Part shown: in pieces, positions 9,898-20,800 of the stretch
How the letters are laid out: the number at the start of each line of letters is the position of its first letter
How positions within the stretch are numbered: position 1 is the first letter of the stretch
Assembly (NCBI GenBank): GCA_043811535.1
Contig: JBDRNC010000004.1
Span: forward strand, 94,759-158,758
DNA: 64,000 nucleotides
Direction of reading: 5' to 3'
From: Elusimicrobiota bacterium
Lineage (GTDB): Bacteria; Elusimicrobiota; Endomicrobiia; Endomicrobiales; JBDRNC01
Position numbers and translations under genes: made by a program
Notes under the pieces: model-generated
The model's database searches: none
What the model saw: the letters and a program-made list of their open reading frames with translations, nothing else
What the model was told of the DNA's origin: nothing

Positions 9898-11193
9898 TCA
9901 CTTGCCGCCCTTGCCCCTTTCTTTGATGAGCGCATTAACCCTGTCGGCTATCTTGTCGAGCGTCTGATCCGAATCCTGCAGCCCCGCATACATCCTGTCA
10001 AGTTCTTCGTACCACGAGCGGAACACTTGCGTCGCGTCCGCGTACGGCGTGTTCTCGGGCATGCGGGCGTATTTCATCTCGTCAACATATACCTGGTTGT
10101 TCTTTTCGTCAGGGAATTCCGGGTCAAACAGAAATTCTTTGGATTTTCCTATGGATATCCTCGACGGAATCCCGTCGCCGACTTTTGAGATTATCAGCTG
10201 GTTTTTCTTTGAGACCTGGTATATGAGGTACTTGGCGGCTTCTTCTATTTTTTTGGAGTTCTTAGGTATGACATAGACCTTTGACGCCAGCATCGTGACT
10301 TTTACTTTGCCTTTGGGAACCGGGGCCACGTCCCAGTTAAGCCTTTTATCTTTACGGAACACCATGCTCATCCACCTGCCCTGAATGAACATCGCTACCT
10401 TGCGCGCGGCAAAGAGGTTCAGCGTGCCGCCCCATCCGCCCGTCGCGGCCAGATTCTGCATCTCGGTCGGTTTAGGCATTATGTGTTCCTTATATCTCAG
10501 GTTATAATACCAGCGCAGTGCGTCTTTGGCTTCTTTTGAATTGATTATGCATTTTTTCCCGTCAGGGGAGAACATCTGTCCGCCGTTCTGCCAGATAAAA
10601 AGCATGGGGTCTTCGCTGAGTAGCCCGAACTGCCTGTATTCCTTCTTTTCTTCGTCTATATCGGTCAGTTTCCTGCCGGCATCAACAAGGTCTTTCCACG
10701 TCCATGAGGCGTCCGGGTATTTCACGCCTTTCGCGTCAAACATGTCTTTATTGTAAAAAAGCACGAAAGGACCGCAGTTAGGCGGCAGGCCGTAAAGCTT
10801 ATTCTCAAAATACATGTACGGCCTGAGAGCCGGCCAGAAATCCTTTACGTCTACGTTGTATTTATCCATGTAAGGCTCAAGGTCCAGAAGCGCGTTCTTT
10901 TCCATGAATATCCGAAGCACCGCCGGGTCATATACCGCGAAAATATCGGGTGGATCATTGCCGGCTATCTGTGTGAGGACCGTGTTGGAGCCCGAAAGGC
11001 TGCCCATCAACTCAACTCTTATGCCGGGATTCTCTTCCTCAAATCCCGCGATCTCCATCTGGCGGCTCGGAGAGTTGTCAACAACCCACCTTAGCCTTAC
11101 TTTCCCCCCGTCGCTTTTTTTCCCCCAGAATGTCGCGAATACAATTCCACCGAGAATCAGCACGGCAACTAAAATCTTTACTCCGATTTTCAT
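9898..11193 (-). CDS. Sugar ABC transporter substrate-binding protein (tandem paralog)
   Basis: Same length (431 aa) and long identical blocks with the neighbour. Confidence 0.9.
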   Translation of the reverse strand: MKIGVKILVAVLILGGIVFATFWGKKSDGGKVRLRWVVDNSPSRQMEIAGFEEENPGIRVELMGSLSGSNTVLTQIAGNDPPDIFAVYDPAVLRIFMEKNALLDLEPYMDKYNVDVKDFWPALRPYMYFENKLYGLPPNCGPFVLFYNKDMFDAKGVKYPDASWTWKDLVDAGRKLTDIDEEKKEYRQFGLLSEDPMLFIWQNGGQMFSPDGKKCIINSKEAKDALRWYYNLRYKEHIMPKPTEMQNLAATGGWGGTLNLFAARKVAMFIQGRWMSMVFRKDKRLNWDVAPVPKGKVKVTMLASKVYVIPKNSKKIEEAAKYLIYQVSKKNQLIISKVGDGIPSRISIGKSKEFLFDPEFPDEKNNQVYVDEMKYARMPENTPYADATQVFRSWYEELDRMYAGLQDSDQTLDKIADRVNALIKERGKGGK

Positions 11194-11200
11194 ATTGACC

Positions 11201-12196
11201 TCACTTTTTGTATTTCATTATATGATCTACAAATTCATTCAAGTTAGCCGTGGCAACGCAGCACACCGTATCCGCGCCTCCGTAATACACAAACAGGGTG
11301 CCGTCTATGACGACGTTACCCGTCGGGAATACCACGTTCTTCATGACGCCCTTCGTTTCGAAATCAGCTTCTGGCTCAAGAATAAAGTCCGGGCAGCGGG
11401 CGATTATCCTTTTCGGATCATTGATATCAAGCATCATTGCTCCTGAACGGTAGATATGATCCGCATCCACCCCGTGATATATCACAAGCCATCCCTTTTC
11501 GGTCTTTATCGGAGGCGTGCCGCCCCCTATTTTCTTAAATTCCCACTCGAACTTCGGGACAGCCAGAAGATAATCGTCTTTCCAGTGGAGCATGTCATCC
11601 GACCATGCAAGCCACATTCCCGGTTTTTCCGTGCCGTATTTTGCCCCAACCCATTCGGCCGGCCTGTGGAACATTACATATTTGCCGTTCACTTTTTCCG
11701 GGAATATAATCGCGTCCCTGTCGTCGACGTCATCGTTCGTTATCGCCCCGAGGCGTTCATAATTCCTGAAATCCTTCGTCCTTGCCAGCGCCGTCCTGGT
11801 CAGATTTTCCCTGAGAACCCTTGGCGCCGAATCGGGATATTTGGGCGCGCGCCCCTTCCAGAACATCTCGGGAGGCAGCGCTCTGCAGGCATAAGTAACA
11901 TAATAATATTCGCCGTACTTGACTATTCTCGCGTCTTCCACACAACCCGCGTCAAGATCCTTGACTTCCGGAGAAAATACAGGCTGGCCGGATTCGCGTT
12001 TGAAATGGAATCCGTCGACGCTCGTCGCAAGGCCGAAATATATTCTGTAATCCTCAATTTCACCCGAAGCGCGGTACAGCATATATACTTTTCCGTTATC
12101 GTAATAGGCTCCCGGATTAAGGACTGCCATTTTTTCCCAGTATCCCTTGCCCGTTGGCTTCAATACCGGATTTCCTTCCCATTTTTTCAGTTTCAT
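11201..12196 (-). CDS. GH130 beta-mannoside phosphorylase/glycosidase
   Basis: VLNPGA, LYRA, GCVEDARI, FHRP, KKIGGGTPPIKT, YHGV, NVVFPTG, YYGGAD. Confidence 0.92.
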   Translation of the reverse strand: MKLKKWEGNPVLKPTGKGYWEKMAVLNPGAYYDNGKVYMLYRASGEIEDYRIYFGLATSVDGFHFKRESGQPVFSPEVKDLDAGCVEDARIVKYGEYYYVTYACRALPPEMFWKGRAPKYPDSAPRVLRENLTRTALARTKDFRNYERLGAITNDDVDDRDAIIFPEKVNGKYVMFHRPAEWVGAKYGTEKPGMWLAWSDDMLHWKDDYLLAVPKFEWEFKKIGGGTPPIKTEKGWLVIYHGVDADHIYRSGAMMLDINDPKRIIARCPDFILEPEADFETKGVMKNVVFPTGNVVIDGTLFVYYGGADTVCCVATANLNEFVDHIMKYKK

Positions 12197-12234
12197 TGTT
12201 TTCCCTTATTATTTTTTTCCGTCACCAGTACTAT

Positions 12235-12284
12235 AGTATAATTCCATTCAAAAAGCTGCGAAACAATTGCGAATATCTTGCGAA
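12235..12284 (-). promoter_or_regulatory. Promoter with triple TTCGCA direct-repeat box (11-bp period) at -35 and TATACT -10
   Basis: + strand TGCGAA at 12257, 12268, 12279; TATACT (12240-12235) 16 bp from the proximal box. Confidence 0.75.
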
Positions 12285-12431
12285 TTTGAGATTGTTAAAA
12301 ATACCAACAATCTCTGATTACACTGATTCTTAAATGATTATGCAGATTAAGTCTCGTCGGTATTTTCGTATAATCTCTTTTAATCCATTCAATAATGAGG
12401 GCCCTGTGCGCTGCACGGCCGAAAATCATGC

Positions 12432-12872
12432 CTAAAGGGCCTTCTTCTGGGCTTCAAGCAGGATTTTAATCTTCCTTTTCAGCTTTTCCAGCACTACGGG
12501 CTTAATCATGTATTCTGTTTTTTCCGAAAGCACGTTCTCAAAACCGTTCTTTTCGGGATCGTAAGCGGAACATATTATCACGGGAACGGCAGGAAGCTTT
12601 TTTTTCAAGGCGTTGAACACCTCTGCTCCGCTCATGTCGGGCAGTTTCATATCCAGCACAACTAGGTCTATCCTATTATTTTCCAGGTGTCCGAGTGCGG
12701 TTTGGCCGTCAAGCGCGGGAATTACGGTATAGCCGTCCTCGCGCAATTCTGAAACGTATATGCTGTTAAGAACCCCTTCATCTTCGACAACCAGTATCCT
12801 TTTCATGCCGGCGTTCATTGCGGAAGACGGCTTCTCTTCGCCTGTTACGCAAGCTTCCGAATATTCTTCCAT
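12432..12872 (-). CDS. Single-domain response regulator receiver
   Basis: ILVVEDE, VVLDMKLPDMSG, ICSA, IKP. Confidence 0.9.
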   Translation of the reverse strand: MEEYSEACVTGEEKPSSAMNAGMKRILVVEDEGVLNSIYVSELREDGYTVIPALDGQTALGHLENNRIDLVVLDMKLPDMSGAEVFNALKKKLPAVPVIICSAYDPEKNGFENVLSEKTEYMIKPVVLEKLKRKIKILLEAQKKAL

Positions 12873-12873
12873 T

Positions 12874-14433
12874 TTAACCTTCTTTCCTTAGAATCGGCAG
12901 GACTACCGTGAAAACCGCTGCTTCGTTAATCCTGGTTTCTACGTCAACCCTGCCCATATGGCTCTCAATTATATTCTTGCAGATGCTGAGCCCAAGCCCC
13001 GTTCCCCTGGCCTTTGTGGTGAAGAAAGGTTCAAATATCTTTTCAAGGTTTTCCTGCGGAATGCCCGGGCCGGTGTCCGTTATACCGATGTATATCTGCG
13101 AGTTTGAAACCCTTGTGTTGACCGACAGGTTCCTGACGGGACTTTTTTCCATGAAGTGGCAGGCGTTCAATAATATATTCAGAAGCACCTGCTTTATTTG
13201 GTCGCTGTCAAGGAACGTGTCCGGAACATTAGAGGCCAGATTCCTGGTGCAGCTGACTTTATACTTCAGAAAATCGCTTGTTTCCAGAAAATCAAGCGTT
13301 TGTTCAATGAGCGTGTTGATATTCGCCTTTGAAAGAGTGAGTTGCGGTTTCCTGCTGAACGCGAGTATCTCGTTTACGACAAGGTCGAGTCTTTCTACTT
13401 CCTGTATTATGTATTCGGTGAATTTTCTTAGCGGGCTGTCGGAGCCCGCTTTCCGGGAGATGATCTCTGCCGAGCCGCGTATCGTTGACAGAGGATTCCT
13501 GACTTCGTGCGTTACCACCGCCGCCATCTGTCCCAGTGCCGCCAGTTTTTCACTTTGTATCAGCTGGTCCTGGGCCTGCTTGAGCTTCTCCACCGCTATA
13601 TCAACCTGCTTCTGAAGCTCTTCCTTAAAATTTTTCTCGGTCTGATAAAGCCGCGCATTCTCCAGCGCCACGGCGGCCTGGCTCGTGAATGTCTGTAGAG
13701 CCCTCAGGTCTTTTTCCTCAAGTTTCCTTTTATGCACAACGTTGTCAACGATAAGGACGCCGATAATTCTGTCTTTTGCTTCCAGCGGCATAACGGCGAG
13801 TATATTTTCTTCGCCGCCTCCGTACTTGAAAACCTCCAACGAATCCGGCACTTTGTCTATTATTGAGGGCAGCCCGTTCAGCAATGCCTTTACGGCAAAA
13901 TTCTCCTTGTCATCCAGCGAAAATCTTATCCCTCTAAGAAGCGTCCCGTCGATACCTATGGCGTGCCTTGCTTCCAGTATTATCCTGCTTTCGTCTGCCA
14001 GGCATAATATAGCTCTGTCATACGAGAGGTACTTGCAGATATTTTCCAGAATTATGTTAAGTATCTTATCCAGGTCCATCGTCTGGCTCATCGACCTAAT
14101 GGTCCGGTGGAGCGTGGATAGTTCTTCCGCCTTTCTGGTGAGCGCCTCTACTTTATTGACGAGCTCGTTCTTTGATTTCAACAGGAACTTCTTTTCCTCT
14201 GCGGAATCCTCGGTATTCCTTTCAAAGAGCATAATGCGGTCCGTTATCAGCTTGAATAGCGCGATGACCGCGGACAGCGCTACCAAAATAAGCAAAAGAT
14301 TCACCAGCAGAGCACTGAACCAGGGATGCAGAAACTCAAGTCCTATTTTCGCATTCCTGCATAAAATTATGAAAATAACGGTGAGTATAAGGAAAACTAC
14401 CTTGAGCCTGCGCACGTACTCAAGGACATTCAA
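12874..14433 (-). CDS. Membrane GAF-domain sensor histidine kinase (NtrB/PilS-like)
   Basis: Two TM segments, GAF, HEVRNPL H-box, NILLNA, DTGPGI, FEPFFTTK, GTGLGL. Confidence 0.93.
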   Translation of the reverse strand: MNVLEYVRRLKVVFLILTVIFIILCRNAKIGLEFLHPWFSALLVNLLLILVALSAVIALFKLITDRIMLFERNTEDSAEEKKFLLKSKNELVNKVEALTRKAEELSTLHRTIRSMSQTMDLDKILNIILENICKYLSYDRAILCLADESRIILEARHAIGIDGTLLRGIRFSLDDKENFAVKALLNGLPSIIDKVPDSLEVFKYGGGEENILAVMPLEAKDRIIGVLIVDNVVHKRKLEEKDLRALQTFTSQAAVALENARLYQTEKNFKEELQKQVDIAVEKLKQAQDQLIQSEKLAALGQMAAVVTHEVRNPLSTIRGSAEIISRKAGSDSPLRKFTEYIIQEVERLDLVVNEILAFSRKPQLTLSKANINTLIEQTLDFLETSDFLKYKVSCTRNLASNVPDTFLDSDQIKQVLLNILLNACHFMEKSPVRNLSVNTRVSNSQIYIGITDTGPGIPQENLEKIFEPFFTTKARGTGLGLSICKNIIESHMGRVDVETRINEAAVFTVVLPILRKEG

Positions 14434-14452
14434 TGTTTACTCCCCTAGAGTT

Positions 14453-14484
14453 TGTCATCCCCGAATGTCTCTATCGGGGATCTA
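14453..14484. repeat. REP-like palindrome, left end of GIY-YIG element
   Basis: TGTCAT-CCCCGA-N9-TCGGGG-ATCTA. Confidence 0.85.
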
Positions 14485-14487
14485 TGT

Positions 14488-14778
14488 CTATGTTAATTCG
14501 TTATAAAGGTCACGCCAACCAGGATTATTCTTTACTATAAGGTCCAATTTCCACTGCCTGTTCCACTTTTTGATTCTCTTTTCTCTTAGTATTGCGCTTT
14601 CAATGTTTCCTGTGATTTCATAATAAACTAGTTTATGAATCTTATACTTTTCGGTGAAACCTTTTACAATATCTGATTTATTTTCATATATGCGCTTAAT
14701 CAGATTATTTGATACACCAATGTACAAAGCTCCATTCCTTTGACTGGCGAGTATATAGATATAGTACTGTCTACTCAT
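14488..14778 (-). CDS. GIY-YIG nuclease family protein
   Basis: YYIYILAS..NGALYIGV, FTEKY, LVYYE, AILREKRIKKWNRQWK, NPGWRDL. Confidence 0.93.
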   Translation of the reverse strand: MSRQYYIYILASQRNGALYIGVSNNLIKRIYENKSDIVKGFTEKYKIHKLVYYEITGNIESAILREKRIKKWNRQWKLDLIVKNNPGWRDLYNELT

Positions 14779-14791
14779 TTCTCCCCCAATT

Positions 14792-14823
14792 TAGATTCCC
14801 GATAACGATCCTCGGGAATGACA
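14792..14823. repeat. REP-like palindrome, right end of GIY-YIG element (inverted relative to left)
   Basis: Reverse complement reads TGTCAT-TCCCGA-N9-TCGGGA-ATCTA. Confidence 0.85.
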
Positions 14824-14824
14824 G

Positions 14825-15931
14825 TCACTTGCCGGTTAATGCTTGCTGAGTTTCTTTGTCAAAGATGTGGGCCTTTTCCATGTTCATGATCACGTCTATA
14901 TCCTGATGCATCTGCGCCTGATTATGCACGTCAACTCTCATCGTAAAATACATTTTTCCTGCGGAAAGCGAAATGAGTTTTTCGCTGCCAAGCACTTCCA
15001 CAAGGTCCACAGTGGCATTGACTACGTTTTCAGCCGTCCCTATTTTGGAATAGAGTTTATCGTGTATGTTTTCGGGCCTTATTCCGAATATCACCTGTTT
15101 CCCCATGTACGGCTCAAGTATACCGGAGTGCGCCGCGGAAGCCTTCAACTCAAATTTGCCTTCGTCAAGCCAAATCGAGCCGTTCTTGCGCCCCACCTTC
15201 ATCTCCATGAAATTCATCGGAGGCGAACCTATGAAACCAGCCACAAATTTATTCACAGGATATTCATATATATCCATCGGGTCGCCCACCTGCTGTATGA
15301 CGGCGTCTTTCATGACCACAATCTTGCTCCCGAGAGTCATCGCTTCAACCTGGTCGTGTGTCACATAGATTATGGTCGCCTCAAGCCGCCTGTGAAGTTT
15401 TTTCAGTTCCGCGCGCATCTGAACGCGCAGTTTCGCGTCAAGGTTTGAAAGCGGTTCATCAAACAGGAATACCTTGGGCATGCGGCATATCGCCCTGCCG
15501 ACCGCCACTCTCTGCTTCTGCCCTCCGGAAAGCTCCAAAGGCAGTCTGCCCAATAGTTGTTCAATACTGAGGACCCTCGCGGCTTCCTGTATCCTCTTGT
15601 TTATTTCGTCTTCGGAATATTTTCTTACCCTCAGGCCGGCGGCCATGTTCTCATATACCGTAAAATGCGGATAGAGCGCGTAGTTCTGGAATACCATGGC
15701 GATATCCCTGTCTTTCGGGTGTATGTCGTTTATTACAGTATCATCAAGGATTATTTCCCCGTCGGTAATTTCTTCCAGGCCGGCTATCATACGCAGAATC
15801 GTGGTCTTGCCGCACCCGGAAGGGCCGACAAGCACGCAGAACTCCTTGTCCCTGACCTCAAGACTGACGTCCTTAACCACGGCATGCTCGCCGTAGTGCT
15901 TATAGATATTCTTCAATATGACTTTAGACAT
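14825..15931 (-). CDS. Sugar ABC transporter ATP-binding protein (MalK/UgpC family)
   Basis: GPSGCGKTT, VFQNYALYPH, LSGGQ, FLFDEPLSNLD, YVTHDQ, TOBE C-terminus. Confidence 0.96.
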   Translation of the reverse strand: MSKVILKNIYKHYGEHAVVKDVSLEVRDKEFCVLVGPSGCGKTTILRMIAGLEEITDGEIILDDTVINDIHPKDRDIAMVFQNYALYPHFTVYENMAAGLRVRKYSEDEINKRIQEAARVLSIEQLLGRLPLELSGGQKQRVAVGRAICRMPKVFLFDEPLSNLDAKLRVQMRAELKKLHRRLEATIIYVTHDQVEAMTLGSKIVVMKDAVIQQVGDPMDIYEYPVNKFVAGFIGSPPMNFMEMKVGRKNGSIWLDEGKFELKASAAHSGILEPYMGKQVIFGIRPENIHDKLYSKIGTAENVVNATVDLVEVLGSEKLISLSAGKMYFTMRVDVHNQAQMHQDIDVIMNMEKAHIFDKETQQALTGK

Positions 15932-15978
15932 GATTTTCCCCTCGTTTTACTATGAACTACGAACTCCTGACTGCTTCA

Positions 15979-16842
15979 TTATCCTTTCAATCCTGTCATC
16001 ACTATTCCTTTTGTTATGAACTTCTGATTGAATATGTAGACGAACAGCACCGGCAGCAGGACCATTGTTGACGCGGCCATAAGCAGGTTCCAGTCTGTCA
16101 TGTACTGCCCCTGGAAAGTGACCAAACCAAGCGGCAAAGTCCGCATCTCCACTGAACTGGTTATTACGAGCGGCCACATGAATTCGTTCCAGTTCCCCAG
16201 GAAAACGAACGTGGACAGCGTCGCAAGCGCCGGTTTCGAAAGCGGCATGATTATCTTGTAGTATATCTGCCACCGGCTGAAACCGTCCATAACTGCGGCT
16301 TCCTCCAATTCTTTCGGGATGGTCAGGAAGAACTGTCTCAGCATGAAAGTCCCGTACGCGGTAAACATCGTGGGTATGATTAGCGCCTTAAAAGTATCTA
16401 TCCAGCCTATGTATTTGAGCAGTATGAAAACCGGTATCATCGTTACCTGGCCAGGTATCATCATCGTCGCGAGATAACACAGAAAAATCTTATCCCTGCC
16501 CGGGAATTCCACTCTCGCGAAAGCGTACGCCGCGAGCGATGAAGTGAATACCTGCCCGAATGTCACGCATACCGCCACAAAAATACTGTTGAAGAAGAAT
16601 CTGCCGAACGGCGCGGCGTTCCATGCCTTGATGTAGTTCACGAATTCAACCGGCTTAGGTATCCATTCCGGCGGGTAAGTAAAAACGGAGCTCGAATCCT
16701 TTAGGGAAGTTGACAGCATCCATAAGAACGGGGCAATCATAAAAACGCCTACAGCCGCCAAAAGCAGATACCACCCGCTTTCTTTAAGCAGTTCCCTGAA
16801 ATTTTCATTTAAGGTTTTTTTCTTAATAACAAGTGCGCTCAT
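15979..16842 (-). CDS. Carbohydrate ABC transporter permease (MalG/UgpE-like)
   Basis: TM helices, EAA loop IPKELEEAAVMDG, WNEFMWP. Confidence 0.95.
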   Translation of the reverse strand: MSALVIKKKTLNENFRELLKESGWYLLLAAVGVFMIAPFLWMLSTSLKDSSSVFTYPPEWIPKPVEFVNYIKAWNAAPFGRFFFNSIFVAVCVTFGQVFTSSLAAYAFARVEFPGRDKIFLCYLATMMIPGQVTMIPVFILLKYIGWIDTFKALIIPTMFTAYGTFMLRQFFLTIPKELEEAAVMDGFSRWQIYYKIIMPLSKPALATLSTFVFLGNWNEFMWPLVITSSVEMRTLPLGLVTFQGQYMTDWNLLMAASTMVLLPVLFVYIFNQKFITKGIVMTGLKG

Positions 16843-16846
16843 ATTC

Positions 16847-17746
16847 TCACCATTCTCTTCCCTTTTTCTTGCCCATCTGCCACTGGATAAGCGTAAAACC
16901 GAACATCATCGCGAAAAGAATCCACGCGATAGCCGAAGCGTATCCCATCTGGAACCATTCAAACGCATTGTTGTATATATAATAGACTATCGTTTTCGTT
17001 GAATCCGCGGGTCCGCCTCCGGTCATTACGTACTGCACGCCGAATGACTGGAACGTCCCTATGACTCCCATTATCACTATAAAAAAGTTAACGAACGAAA
17101 GCATCGGCCACGTGACTGCCCAGAACTGCTGCCATTTATTCGCGCCGTCTATCGAGGCAGCTTCATAAAGATCCTGCGGTATGCTTTGAAGCGCGGCCAG
17201 ATACAGCAGCATGTTGTACCCGACGCTCTGCCATGTTCCCATTATGACCAGCGCGGGCTTCGACCACACCGTAGAATTCAGCCACGCGGGAGGATTGGCC
17301 ATGAAATGCGAAAGAAAACTGTTAAGCAGGCCGAAATCAGAGTTATATATCCATTTCCATATCATGGCCACGGCTACCATCGAAGAAACAACCGGCAAAA
17401 AGTATATTGTGCGAAAAATAGTAATGCCTTTCAGCTTTCTGTTGACAAGTATGGCAAGCGCGAGCGAGCACACTATATTCAGAGGAATGCCCAGCATGAA
17501 ATAAAAGGTATTATAAAGGCTTTTCCAGAAGGTGTTGTCGCTCATCAGCATTATGAAGTTTTTTAATCCGACGAACTTCGGCGGGGTGAGTATGTCCCAG
17601 GAAACAAACGCGAGACACAGCGAAGCGACTACAGGCAGCATCGTAAAGGCCATGAACCCTATAATATTGGCGCTAAGAAACCCGTATCCGGCGAATATCT
17701 TATCCCATTTTTTAATTCTTTTTTGTTTTGCCTTGACCGCATCCAT
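16847..17746 (-). CDS. Carbohydrate ABC transporter permease (MalF/UgpA-like)
   Basis: VGLKNF, LQSIPQDLYEAASIDGA, MTGGGP; start moved to MDAVK at 17746. Confidence 0.94.
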   Translation of the reverse strand: MDAVKAKQKRIKKWDKIFAGYGFLSANIIGFMAFTMLPVVASLCLAFVSWDILTPPKFVGLKNFIMLMSDNTFWKSLYNTFYFMLGIPLNIVCSLALAILVNRKLKGITIFRTIYFLPVVSSMVAVAMIWKWIYNSDFGLLNSFLSHFMANPPAWLNSTVWSKPALVIMGTWQSVGYNMLLYLAALQSIPQDLYEAASIDGANKWQQFWAVTWPMLSFVNFFIVIMGVIGTFQSFGVQYVMTGGGPADSTKTIVYYIYNNAFEWFQMGYASAIAWILFAMMFGFTLIQWQMGKKKGREW

Positions 17747-17804
17747 GTTTTTTCCCTTAATACCTATTAATGTTCCATGTCTTCCGTCTTCCGTCTTCCG
17801 TCTT

Positions 17805-20800
17805 TTACGGCTTCGATACAAGCGTGAATCTGAATTTCTGGCCGAACTGCGCGCGTTCCTTGGACGTCATGGTAAGTTCAACCAGGCGTTTTCCCGGCAC
17901 TATCCCTGCAAGATTGAATGCGGGAATCTCGGCATCTTCAAGATATTTGGCATTACGCGGGATGGGCTTCTCCAGTTTGACCGCTGAATTCTTCGTTGAA
18001 GACAGGAAAACCCTGCCTTTGCCGGGAGCCGAGACCCATTCTGCCTCTGAAATGTTCCCGACTGAGCATCTCAGCCAGACCGACTGCGACTTGTTGACAG
18101 GTATTTCTTCGCCGTCTTTTATCTCCGACCAGCTCTTGCCGTCCATGCTTATCTCGACTTTATTGAATTCGGCGTTCAGGTACTTCAACGGGCCGATACC
18201 GCTGTATGGCGTGCCGCATATGGTCACCAGCGGGGTATTCTCGGAAGTCGTTCCGGTCCCGTCCGTTACTATTCCGGGATATTTACCGCTGTTGATTAAT
18301 TCCATGTATTCATCCTTGGCCCTGTTGAAAACATCAAAATACCCCAGAGAAGAACGGTACCTGTCTATTTTGATAAAATTCCGCGGCGTCATGTTTCCCG
18401 GCTCATTCCTGAAAAGCGCAATGCCTTTCCTGAGGGAATCCGCGGCAGGACGCGGAGTCCTGTCAGGGTCAAAGATGCCGTAATCGCTCTTTTCGCCAAG
18501 CCGGAAACCGCCGGGGAACCACCATGCCGCGAACCCCTGGCTGCCGGCCTTCCATGCCATATTTATGAAATTATCATACAGCTCGGCCTGTTTGACTATC
18601 AATTCCCTGCTCGCGGCGCTATGAATAGGATCCCAGACCGATATGCCGAATTCCGCCCAGAACACAGGTTTGTTATTGCTGACAAATTTCGCGTATATCA
18701 CGTTAAATCCGGCCTTCCGGGTCTCTTCCGCCTTTGGAAGCGAATACCATTCGGGAGAAATAAAGTCAAGATGCTTGGCCGAGGCAAAGAGGTCAAACGC
18801 GAACCATTCCGGCGGGGCCGCTCCGTTCCCGCCGTATCCGGTCCTTGCCCCGAGCAGGTGGTTTGGATCCAGCTCTCTCAAATCCCTGCATCCTTCGTTG
18901 TATCTCCGCGAGGCCAAGTCGTCTATGAATCTGCGGTAGGCGATAACCATCTTGCTCCATTCGCCTTCCTTGACAAGCTGGCCGTCAACGGGAGCGCTCC
19001 AGTCCCCGTCCGCGTTTATCGAAGTGGGAGTGTATTTCCATTCTTTCGCCGCGTTTTCCCTGCTCCCGTACTGTTCCACTATCCACTTGTTCCATTCCTT
19101 ATCGTATTCCCGCCTTCTTTCAATGCTGTTTAAATTCGGTTCCCATGCTATGTCATACGAGAAAACAGCGGGATTATCCGCGAGGCGCGCCAAACTTATC
19201 AGGTCGGAGAAATAATTCTTGTTGTAATCGCCGTTGAACGGGTCCGCATGCGCAAGGAAGATGTCGGCCTTTATGCCGTGGTTTTCCAGCCGGCGAAGGA
19301 AATCAACCACGCACGGCGCCTGCTCCCTGGCGAGGTATTGTATGTATACCGTGTTCGCGCCCGTCTTTTCCAGAACGCGAAGGTCCTTCTCCACCTCCAC
19401 GGGATCGTAGAACTTCGGATTCAGCCAGTGCGTATAATAATCATCCAGCTCCAGGCCGGATGAATATGACGGCCAATAATTCACGCCGATCGGAATCCAC
19501 ACCTTTGAACCGAGGAAGAACTTGCCGCCCTTGACGGTAATTTTCTGCTTCTGGCTTATCGGCTGGAAATCATCTACGACATTCACTTCTTGTTCCACCG
19601 CATCTATTATCTTGCCGTCCTCTATCAATTCCGTCCTTACCGTGTATACCGCGGATTTGCCCTCCGGTTTCCATGATTCGGAGTAAACAAACTCTTCCTT
19701 GGGAGCAAGAACCACGTCTTTCATTATCGAATAAACCGCCTCACTTCCTTTTCTTGCGGTTATCTTGACGACGGCGGAGACATCCCTTTTGACCGGGTTC
19801 ACTATTTTGGCCCCGAGTACCGCCGATTCACCCGTGAAATACGTATATTTATCGCTCCCCGCGACAAGTATCGCGGGCGAGGACACCATGTTAACTGCCA
19901 GATCCTTGATGAATCTTATTGTTTCCGGCATTTTGTAAAAATCCGCGTCGTTTATCGCGACATACGCCCATTCCGCCCCTCTCAATTTGCCCCAGTCTAT
20001 CGTCATGGAAATGACGGGGCCCTTTTCCGTGTCTCCCTGCCCCTGCCCTTCGCAAAGAGATATCCATCTTGATTTTCTTGCCGCGACGAATCCTTCGCCT
20101 GTAGGCCTCGCTATCGGGACAAAACATTGCAGGGGATTCCGGATCTTCCACGAATAACCGCTGAAAATACTTTGCCTTGCGCCGGGTTTAACTCCCGTTA
20201 CGCCCGAGACACTGTATAGTTTGTATTGCGGACTCAATCCTTCGTATAGCGCGGGAACGGACGCCTGTTTTGAAACATCCGCGTATTCGCCCATCGGCAG
20301 AGCGGTCACTTCATCCACGGCGAACGTGTGGCTCCCCGGGCCGATGGGAGTAAAATCGTTTGAAAAGCCGAAGCTCAGTTTCTTCAGATTCGTCAGATTA
20401 AGTTTGTCTCCGCTGAATCCTCTTCCTTTGGCAGCCGAATCGGGCCAATACATGAAATCACTCGGGGTAAGGACGCGGTACTGCCATTCCGGCGATACCA
20501 TCGTCATCGTTATCCATCTGGAACCGTCCTCTTCCCTGCACTCTACTTCAAGATACCTGGTTTTGTCGTCTCCTTTGGCCTGAAAACATATCGCCATGTT
20601 GGAATCTTCGAATGCGCCCGGATTGACGTTTGCAGTGAATTGATCCCATCCCGTCATGCTGGCGACTTTGACCTGCAGGCATCCTTTCGATTTTCCGGTT
20701 CCAGGACTGACAATCTTAACTTCCGCAGGCGAACCCGGATTGTTAGTCTCCCTCACCCAATCCGAACCCTGCGACTCTTCGTCAAAGCCAAATATCGTCT

